Shown one piece after another: positions 57,106 to 64,000 of a stretch of DNA of 64,000 nt. Both the position numbers and the translations under genes were made by a program. Within the stretch, counting starts at the first letter, position 1, and every line of letters begins with the position of its first letter. Source of the stretch: Patescibacteria group bacterium (GTDB taxonomy: Bacteria > Patescibacteriota > Minisyncoccia > Phycocordibacterales > Phycocordibacteraceae); assembly GCA_013815345.1 (NCBI GenBank), contig JACDGK010000002.1:35399-99398 (forward strand). The letters run 5' to 3'. The notes beneath the pieces are model-generated. The model had not been told where the DNA came from and did no database searches. It saw only the letters and a list, made by a program, of their open reading frames with translations.

Positions 57106-57714
57106 CTAACGCGAGTAGAAGGAAATAACCGACACAAGATCGCCTGCCGGATCGGCAGCTTCTCGTGTCGGCATCTCTTCTACGCCACCTTTCATTCCTT
57201 TCGGATCAAAGGTGAGCCACGAACCGAGCTTTTGCTCACCAAAACGTTCTTTGAAGTTTTCGAAGAGCACGCGCGACTTGCTGCCATCGCGAACCGCAAT
57301 AACGTCACCCTTGCGGATGCGTCGTGATGGAATCGTTGTCTTAACGCCGTTAACCGTAAGATGGCCATGAGAAACCATTTGACGAGCAGCTCGACGAGTC
57401 TTTGTAAGAGCAAGACGATAGACGACATTATCGAGACGTAGTTCGAGAAGACGATGAAGTACTTCTGCAGGATTCTCGCCGTGCGTTGCTACCGCTTCCT
57501 CAACACTATTACGAAACTGTCGTTCAGAAATCCCATACGTGAAGCGTACTTTTTGTTTTTCCAAAAGCTGCTTGCCATACTCCGTTGCGCCGCGTGAACG
57601 TTTCTTCGTTTTTGCGGCACGCTCTTGGGCGATAGCAAATTTCTGCGTCTGTGTTTTTTCAAACACAGAAGCTCCGAGACGTTTTGCAATTTTATATTTT
57701 GGTCCGACTTTCAT
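57106..57714 (-). CDS. rpsD: 30S ribosomal protein S4
   Basis: EYGKQLLEKQK, LELRLDNVVYR, ARQMVSHGH. Confidence 0.98.
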   Translation of the reverse strand: MKVGPKYKIAKRLGASVFEKTQTQKFAIAQERAAKTKKRSRGATEYGKQLLEKQKVRFTYGISERQFRNSVEEAVATHGENPAEVLHRLLELRLDNVVYRLALTKTRRAARQMVSHGHLTVNGVKTTIPSRRIRKGDVIAVRDGSKSRVLFENFKERFGEQKLGSWLTFDPKGMKGGVEEMPTREAADPAGDLVSVISFYSR

Positions 57715-57735
57715 AATAAGTTAAAAGAAAAAAGA

Positions 57736-58170
57736 TTATACGCGGCGAGCTTTCGGTGGACGAGGGCCGTTATGCGGCACCGGTGTGGCGTCCTTGATAG
57801 CTCGAATCTGAATGCCTTTGCCGGCGAACGCACGAAGCGCGCTCTCGCGTCCCGCCCCAACGCCCCGAATGATGACGCTTGCCTCTTTAAGACCAATGAA
57901 AACTGCCTTTTCCCCAAGAAGCTCGCCCACTTTTGCGGCAGCGTAGGGAGTGGATTTACGAGCACCAGAGAAACCTAGCGCACCGGAAGAAGAAGACATG
58001 ATAGCATTTCCCTTTTCGTCGGTAAGAACGGCTTTCGTATTGTTAAAGGTTGCTTCCACATGGAGAATACCGCGTTCAAGACGCTTTTTAACGGCCTTAG
58101 AAAGGGCGCGCTCTTTGCGTCCTTGATCGAGGCCTTTGCCTGACTTCTTGATAATGCGTTTCTTTCCCAT
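57736..58170 (-). CDS. rpsK: 30S ribosomal protein S11
   Basis: ATFNNT, KSTPYAA, DATPVPHNG. Confidence 0.98.
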   Translation of the reverse strand: MGKKRIIKKSGKGLDQGRKERALSKAVKKRLERGILHVEATFNNTKAVLTDEKGNAIMSSSSGALGFSGARKSTPYAAAKVGELLGEKAVFIGLKEASVIIRGVGAGRESALRAFAGKGIQIRAIKDATPVPHNGPRPPKARRV

Positions 58171-58203
58171 AGTGCGGTGATTAGAATGTGATTGAAATAA
58201 GAG

Positions 58204-58584
58204 CTATGTCTTCTCGAGCGTGCGGCGTCCAGAACCCATAGTCTTGCGCGTATTGCCACGAACAGTACGTGAATTGGTTTTGGTACGCTGGCGACGGACT
58301 GGGAGACGACGCTCGTGACGCACACCGCGCTCAGCACGAATGTCCTTCAGTCGCTTTACGTTCTGACCGATCTCGCGGCGCAGCTCGCCTTCGATAGTAA
58401 AACCTTCAGCAAGAACACGAATGGATTGCTCCTCTTCGGGAGAAAGATCACTCCCCTTTTTATCAAGAGGAATCTTTGCTTCTTTTAAAATAGTTCGTGC
58501 ACGGGTAGGGCCAATACCGAAAATAAGCGGCAGTGAATACGCTAGTTGCTTGTTATCTGGAATGGTGACGCCGGCGATACGCAT
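58204..58584 (-). CDS. rpsM: 30S ribosomal protein S13
   Basis: MRIAGV, IFGIG, LPVRRQRTKTNSRT. Confidence 0.97.
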   Translation of the reverse strand: MRIAGVTIPDNKQLAYSLPLIFGIGPTRARTILKEAKIPLDKKGSDLSPEEEQSIRVLAEGFTIEGELRREIGQNVKRLKDIRAERGVRHERRLPVRRQRTKTNSRTVRGNTRKTMGSGRRTLEKT

Positions 58585-58609
58585 AATCTGTTGTACGGTA
58601 AATTATCTT

Positions 58610-58726
58610 TTAACCCTGACGAGCTTTGCGACGAGGGTTACGCTTGTTGATACGATACAGCCGTCCGCGACGACGGACGAGGATATCTCCTGGTTGCTGT
58701 TTCTTTATCGATGCCCGTACCTTCAT
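58610..58726 (-). CDS. rpmJ: 50S ribosomal protein L36, zinc-free type (not in the ORF track)
   Basis: Hand translation [38 protein letters not shown]; between infA and rpsM. Confidence 0.95.
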   Translation of the reverse strand: MKVRASIKKQQPGDILVRRRGRLYRINKRNPRRKARQG

Positions 58727-58759
58727 ATCAAATGAATAAAATAGAAAATAAAACGACTT

Positions 58760-58978
58760 TTAGCTCAGTCGTCGCACGATGCGTGCGCGGCCCCCATAGG
58801 GGTCCGTGACGAGCTCTACTTGGTCGCCTACCAGTACGCGAATGCGATGGAGTCGCATCTTCCCCGCGAGGTAGGCAAGTAATAGCTCACCGGTCGGCAT
58901 TCGAACTCTGAACAACGAATTGGGAAGCACCTCTTCTACGGTGCCAGTCGGTGTTTCTTCAGGTTTTTCGTCCGCCAT
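58760..58978 (-). CDS. infA: Translation initiation factor IF-1
   Basis: GTVEEVLPN..FRV, AYLAGKMR..RIRVLVGD. Confidence 0.96.
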   Translation of the reverse strand: MADEKPEETPTGTVEEVLPNSLFRVRMPTGELLLAYLAGKMRLHRIRVLVGDQVELVTDPYGGRARIVRRLS

Positions 58979-59034
58979 GTGATGCCTAGATATCCTACCA
59001 AGTAAGCCGTATACCGTCAACGTTTCTCGAAATC

Positions 59035-60333
59035 CTAACTGCCTGCGGGAGGAGTCGTCACGGTGACTTTGATATGAGAAGGATCAACCGGGAATTTACT
59101 AGTCCAAAACGGCCGTAGAGTAAGCAATGCGCTATTTACTTCCGGAAAGCCAGCCAGGATAGCTTGGGCAGAATCTCTCGTCTTTCCTGCAACTGCTCCT
59201 GCTATTTTCGACGTGTCTACTTTCCAAATAATAGTAGCTGTACCGTTAAGGTTGAAGGAGTAGGTTTGCGCATTTGTCGGATCAGTTGAGCTCGCTGGTG
59301 CCAAGATAAGTTTTGCAACAGAACCAAGTGAGACAGGCTCCCCGCTATAGGTACCCGCTATTTTATACGCTATAGCTTTGGCTAATGCATCCCCGGGGAA
59401 AACCACTGCAGTCAGCGTTCCCTGTTCGCCTACTGCAACCGTACTGGTTGTCGAAGCGGTGTCCGGCAATGCTTGAAAGGATGTCAGCGTGCTTCCGGGA
59501 AGTAACACATATCCTGCAGGAACTCGCGCATTCAGATCAGTTTGGAGACTTTTAGCTAATGCGGTTTGCAGAATTGCATGTTGAGTGTCATCGGTGCTTT
59601 GACTCACGGCCGCCCGTGTTCCAGAGAATCCTCCCACCATTGCAGTATTTGAGGTTGCAGTGACTTCATCGAATTGCGCAGATCCTTTGAGGCCAGGGAC
59701 AGTAAATGTCGTGGGAGCGACATTGTACGACTCACCAGCCTGATCAGCATATACGGCAATGGTAAGTTTACCTGGGCCCGTAGCAGTGGCCGCTGGCACG
59801 GTGATAGGTGCATGGATATGGAAAATCAAGCCAGTTGGAGTTGCAAATCGTGTACTGTTGATCAATGTCTGGGGTTTTGTTTGAGCATTTGAAACAGTAA
59901 TAGTTCCTTGTGCTGAATCCTTTGCCGTTAACGTACTTTCGGCTGGCACTGAGGCACTAACAGTCTTGGTGATGCTTTCAACAGTGAACGGTAAGTCGCC
60001 GCTTCCTGCCGTTGCCGTGAAAGGACCATTTATATCAGCTGTATGTGATTCGGGGGTGATAGCAACCTTTGCATCGCCAAAGAGATACAGTGCTCCTGCT
60101 GAAAGCGCGATGACAATAAGAGCAATAAGAGCTGTGCCATAAGGGAAACTTCGACCCGTTCTAATACGCACTCGAGGTGGCGGTTCAGGAGTGGGCGGAG
60201 TGTTCATGAAAGGAGGATTTGGATTTGATGGTGGAATGACGGGAGGAAGTGTGTTGTCCTGTGTATTCATTGCTTCTGCATCCATCATGCGGCGGCGAGA
60301 AGGCGGAATTATATCGTTAATAGTTCTAGGCAT
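59035..60333 (-). CDS. Membrane-anchored protein with a baseplate-J-like extracellular domain
   Basis: DIIPP and Pro-rich N-terminus, one TM, A.GTITVSN...TRF...G.IF...VYADQAGESYN...GG.SG. Confidence 0.65.
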   Translation of the reverse strand: MPRTINDIIPPSRRRMMDAEAMNTQDNTLPPVIPPSNPNPPFMNTPPTPEPPPRVRIRTGRSFPYGTALIALIVIALSAGALYLFGDAKVAITPESHTADINGPFTATAGSGDLPFTVESITKTVSASVPAESTLTAKDSAQGTITVSNAQTKPQTLINSTRFATPTGLIFHIHAPITVPAATATGPGKLTIAVYADQAGESYNVAPTTFTVPGLKGSAQFDEVTATSNTAMVGGFSGTRAAVSQSTDDTQHAILQTALAKSLQTDLNARVPAGYVLLPGSTLTSFQALPDTASTTSTVAVGEQGTLTAVVFPGDALAKAIAYKIAGTYSGEPVSLGSVAKLILAPASSTDPTNAQTYSFNLNGTATIIWKVDTSKIAGAVAGKTRDSAQAILAGFPEVNSALLTLRPFWTSKFPVDPSHIKVTVTTPPAGS

Positions 60334-60434
60334 ATCGAGTGGTAAGCGAAATCATATGTGCTCAAGTATACCCAGTGGTATGTATTTGGAAAGGAGTAGG
60401 TGGGTATACCTGGCGGAATTGATTTTGAGGAAAA

Positions 60435-61568
60435 CTAATTTCTATTAGAGAAAAGAGCAAGCAAAAATAACGAGAGATCGCTTTCTGCTTCACCGCGTGT
60501 TTTCACATACGCAGCAAAATGAGATGGTATCGAGGGCACGATAGTTAACGGCTCATCGGTAAGCCAAAGAGTACGAAGTGCAGGTTCATCAATAAGATTT
60601 TTCAAGTAGTTCCGCGACTCATCATCAGCCAGAAGAAACAGCGTGCGAGGAAGCGCGTGATGGCTAGCGAACTCCTGGAGAGTGGCAGAGAGCGCCGAAA
60701 GCCATTCTTTTTGCGCCTCTTCAACCTGAGCATCAAAACGAGCGTTCGATGGTTCGGCATCTACAATCAAATTTACGGATGGCGAAGAATTCTCCGGTAC
60801 TTGTGCAGCTTTACGCGCTCTACGCGTCAGTTCATTAATACCTTGGGGCATTGAGGTAACACTTACGAGGAGACCCTGTTTTATAAAAGCGATATCGGTG
60901 GTTTCTCCAGAAACATTCAATACGAGGAAGTTTTTTTCGTGCGGATAAACATCACGGAACACTGCATAGGCGACTGGAGCGAATGCCGTCAGCGTAAGAG
61001 CATGAGTGTGATACGTTTTTCGAATCGTTTTCTCGACTGATTCTGCTACGGTCTTTTCAAGCAAAGAAGAAAGGATGATAAGTTCTGCTCGCTTTACCTT
61101 TTTCCCAAAAGGGTTTGCCATTTCATAGCCGTTTAAAAGCGTAGCGATCACCGCTTCGCCCGACTGGGTAAAGCCGTCGAGTGTTGGCTGATTCTTTCGA
61201 GTCGTTTCGGTAAGAAGCGCGCGAGTAAAGACAAAAGGCTGCAGCGCGGTGATACTTTCGGTACGGACTGATGTCGCCTGCCAGGGCGCGCCGACACTCG
61301 TGAGGATACGAGTAATATGTCCATTCCCTGTTTCCTTTCGCAAGATCGGAGAGCCTATTTTGACTAACTGCTCGGTGAGTTCGACGAGCGTACGCTTCAT
61401 TGCTTCTGCAATTTCTTCGCTATCCCGCAATGCAACAGGTAAGCGCAGGGTGTAATAGAGCGTAGGTGGTGCTCCGCTTTCCAAATGTGCAAGTCCTCCC
61501 GCTATCGAGGAAGAGCTGATATCGATAAGCGCAACGGAGGATCGTTCTTTTTTTGAAAAGAAACTCAT
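60435..61568 (-). CDS. FtsA/PilM-like actin-fold protein (degenerate)
   Basis: LIDISSSSI and LNVSGETTDI phosphate-loop-like motifs; G.NEL. Confidence 0.55.
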   Translation of the reverse strand: MSFFSKKERSSVALIDISSSSIAGGLAHLESGAPPTLYYTLRLPVALRDSEEIAEAMKRTLVELTEQLVKIGSPILRKETGNGHITRILTSVGAPWQATSVRTESITALQPFVFTRALLTETTRKNQPTLDGFTQSGEAVIATLLNGYEMANPFGKKVKRAELIILSSLLEKTVAESVEKTIRKTYHTHALTLTAFAPVAYAVFRDVYPHEKNFLVLNVSGETTDIAFIKQGLLVSVTSMPQGINELTRRARKAAQVPENSSPSVNLIVDAEPSNARFDAQVEEAQKEWLSALSATLQEFASHHALPRTLFLLADDESRNYLKNLIDEPALRTLWLTDEPLTIVPSIPSHFAAYVKTRGEAESDLSLFLLALFSNRN

Positions 61569-61599
61569 GCGTTTAGTATAGCAAGAACAAAAGTGATCC

Positions 61600-63513
61600 T
61601 TACTCGAGAACTGCTTTGATACGACGAATGCCAGCAGCGACGGACTCTTCCTTACTAATTTTAAAGCGTTTTGCATCAGTCGCGAGTTCGCTGGTATTAC
61701 TCACGTGTGGTCCACCGCAGAATTCCAAAGAAAATGATTCACTAAATTTTGGATCTTCTTGCGTTGCATTTTTTGGGCCCATGGAGTACACCGTTACCTG
61801 ATCACCGTACTTTACACCAAACTCATGTTCAGCGCCGAGTTTTTCTGCTTCGATTTTTGACATGCTCGTTGCGAAAACAGGAAGAGCCTCTACAATCTTT
61901 TCATTTACGAGTTGTTCTACCTGTGCGAGCTCCTCAGAGGTAAGTTTTCGGTCGAATGAAAAGTCCAACCGAACACGGTCTTGAGTAATGTTACTTCCCC
62001 GTTGATGCACTATGTCACCCAGTATCTGTCGCAATGCAGCGAGTAGTAGATGATGCGACGTATGATAACGAACGGTAATTTCGGAATGATCAGCAAGGCC
62101 GCCCTTAAAGCGTCCTTCGGACGCAGTACGGGACTTTGTTTGGTGTTCTTCCATTTCTTTTGCAAAAGCCTGATGATCAACTGATAGGTTTCGCTCTTTT
62201 GCCAATTCCTCGGTTATTTCAATCGGAAAACCGTAGCTTGTAAAAAGAATAAATGCATCGTGTCCTGAAATCGGGCCCCGCTTCGAAAGCTTTTCAAATT
62301 CACGTATACCTTGAGAAAGCGTCTTACGAAATTTCTGTTCTTCAGTAGTAAGTATCGAATCTATTTGAACTCTTTTCTGCTCGAGATCATGGTAGGTATC
62401 TTTATAGGCATCGATAACCTTATTTCCCAGATTAGCCAGTGTATTAGAATCGACACCAAGTTTGTCGAGGTGCCGTATCGCGCGACGAATAAGCCGTCGA
62501 AGAATGTAGCCTGCGTCTGTATTTGACGGTAAGACATCGTCAGCAATGATAAATGTTGCCGCACGAATGTGGTCTGCAACAATACGAAAAGATTGCTGAT
62601 CTTCATTGTCGCTATATTTTTTCTCCGTAAGCAATTCGATCTCCAGGATGGTTGTCTGCAGCGTATCGGCAAGAAACACATCATCAGATCCGAGTGTGGT
62701 CACCGTAAGGCGCTCGAGACCGCCACCGAAATCCACATTTCGTTGAGCGAGCTGTTCAAAGGAGCCATTCTCTTTCTTCCGATACTCCATGAAAACCGAG
62801 TTACAAATTTCAACAAATCGTCCGCAATCACAATTCGGATGACACTCAAGTCCAAAATCAGGATTGTGTGGTGTTCCAAAGTCATAAAAGACTTCTGAAT
62901 CCGGGCCTCCCGGCTCTCCGGCAGGCATGGCAGAAGGCACGCCAGAACGACTCCACCAATTTTTGCCAGCATCATAAGCGAAAATGCGACCTCCTTGCAT
63001 GCCGACTTGGTAACCGCGCTCTTCCGAACCGATCAGTACATCATGGGCTTCAATACCCTTCTCGCCAAAAAGATTTTTCCAAATAGCAATTGCTTCAGTA
63101 TCTTTGGAAATAGCGAGTTCTTCGTCGCCTGCAAAAACCGTCACATACAATTTACGGGGATCGAGTCCAAGACCTTCTTCTTTGCTCGTGAGGAATTCAA
63201 ACAACCACGGCAATTGTTCTTTTTTAAAATAATCACCGAGCGACCAATTTCCAAGCATTTCAAAAAAAGTAAGATGACGATTGTCCCCGATGTCATCAAT
63301 GTCACCCGTTCGTACGGATTTCTGTGAATTTACCAATCGGTTGCCTTCCAAATGTACTTGACCGAGCAGGTAGGGCACGAGTGGCTGCATACCTGAAGAG
63401 GTAAAAAGCGTCGTCGAGTCATTTTCCGGTACAACCGGTGCCGATGGCAGCAAAACATGTCCGCGCTTTTTGAAGAACTCTAAATAGGTACGGCGTACTT
63501 CTGCAACAGTCAT
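61600..63513 (-). CDS. alaS: Alanine--tRNA ligase, short form ending after the editing domain
   Basis: TLFTSSGMQP, HLTFFEMLGNWS, DFGGGLER, HTSHH, EFCGGPH, ends GIRRIKAVLE. Confidence 0.96.
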   Translation of the reverse strand: MTVAEVRRTYLEFFKKRGHVLLPSAPVVPENDSTTLFTSSGMQPLVPYLLGQVHLEGNRLVNSQKSVRTGDIDDIGDNRHLTFFEMLGNWSLGDYFKKEQLPWLFEFLTSKEEGLGLDPRKLYVTVFAGDEELAISKDTEAIAIWKNLFGEKGIEAHDVLIGSEERGYQVGMQGGRIFAYDAGKNWWSRSGVPSAMPAGEPGGPDSEVFYDFGTPHNPDFGLECHPNCDCGRFVEICNSVFMEYRKKENGSFEQLAQRNVDFGGGLERLTVTTLGSDDVFLADTLQTTILEIELLTEKKYSDNEDQQSFRIVADHIRAATFIIADDVLPSNTDAGYILRRLIRRAIRHLDKLGVDSNTLANLGNKVIDAYKDTYHDLEQKRVQIDSILTTEEQKFRKTLSQGIREFEKLSKRGPISGHDAFILFTSYGFPIEITEELAKERNLSVDHQAFAKEMEEHQTKSRTASEGRFKGGLADHSEITVRYHTSHHLLLAALRQILGDIVHQRGSNITQDRVRLDFSFDRKLTSEELAQVEQLVNEKIVEALPVFATSMSKIEAEKLGAEHEFGVKYGDQVTVYSMGPKNATQEDPKFSESFSLEFCGGPHVSNTSELATDAKRFKISKEESVAAGIRRIKAVLE

Positions 63514-63541
63514 AGGCAAAAGAATATCACAATCGCCCACA

Positions 63542-64000
63542 TCACTTTGTGAACGTACCGGCTACAGCAAGAGACAACCTATCAAGATTAATCATGGGGG
63601 CTGCAGCACGAATGTCTTTTACGACAAGCGCGCGAATAAGACGTGGGTACTCGTCAAGATACGAGAGAGGTTTTCCTTCCCTGCCGATTTTGTGCAACAG
63701 AGAGGCTAATCCTCCAGTAGTTGAAAGTCCAATGACATACGAGCCCGTTCTCTCCTCCTTTTTTTGAGTCAAGGCATTTTCTGTTAGGCCAGCAGAAAGA
63801 AAGTTTTTTACTTCTTTGCGGATCGTTTGAACACCCCTTTCGTACAGATCAGGCGAAAATGTTGCCCAGATACGGAATGAGCCTTCAAGATCTTTTCCGA
63901 AATCGCTCAAATAACTTTGTATCCCGTAGGTCAAACCGTCTCGTTCACGAACGGTCTGCATAAGATGTGCTGCGAAGCTTCCTCCGAGCATGTGAGTTAG
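63542..64000 (-). CDS. M16 (insulinase-family) peptidase, C-terminal part truncated by the window
   Basis: LGGSFAAHLMQTVRERDGLTYGI. Confidence 0.85.
   Translation of the reverse strand, partial: LTHMLGGSFAAHLMQTVRERDGLTYGIQSYLSDFGKDLEGSFRIWATFSPDLYERGVQTIRKEVKNFLSAGLTENALTQKKEERTGSYVIGLSTTGGLASLLHKIGREGKPLSYLDEYPRLIRALVVKDIRAAAPMINLDRLSLAVAGTFTK

Noticed and set aside
59035-60333. Prophage or contractile injection system
   Set aside because: No sheath, tube, terminase, capsid or integrase genes; the protein is membrane-anchored among housekeeping genes.
1-64000. Alternative genetic code 25 (TGA = Gly)
   Set aside because: Conserved genes such as cysS, gltX and ftsW end at TGA at the expected positions, and long genes are intact under code 11.

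Overview
64-kb fragment of a compact, gene-dense bacterial chromosome that uses the standard code (TGA is a stop). By inference it belongs to Patescibacteria/CPR (Parcubacteria-like), given short AspRS/AlaRS, an FtsA-like plus baseplate-J-like gene pair, split ribosomal-protein operons and few Shine-Dalgarno motifs. Most of it is housekeeping: six aminoacyl-tRNA synthetases (cysS, gltX, aspS, trpS, tyrS, alaS), tRNA-Tyr, dnaB-recR, rmuC, scpAB, mraY-ftsW-murG, grpE-dnaK-dnaJ and the infA to rpsI ribosomal block. Highlights: (1) a five-gene cluster at 40.4-46.7 kb (aminotransferase, PaaK/IaaL-like ligase, nitroreductase-like flavoprotein, Rv1355c-type ThiF, 7TM sensor kinase) that looks like a small-molecule signal synthase paired with its receptor, possibly an oxazolone-type pathway without the usual acyltransferase; (2) about 450 nt of heavily base-paired non-coding sequence followed by a cassette of tRNA 3'-end copies at the end of a probable island (2.1-2.8 kb); (3) an FMN-binding/ApbE/RnfD-FNR flavinylation module near zwf; (4) an IS30 element and a 108-bp MITE-like palindrome; (5) widespread -10 boxes 6-9 nt before ATG codons, suggesting leaderless mRNAs; (6) a small membrane gene frameshifted in a G6 tract and a secreted Tyr/Asn/Gln-rich protein between dnaK and dnaJ. 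All calls come from motif recognition by eye; no database searches or folding programs were run.
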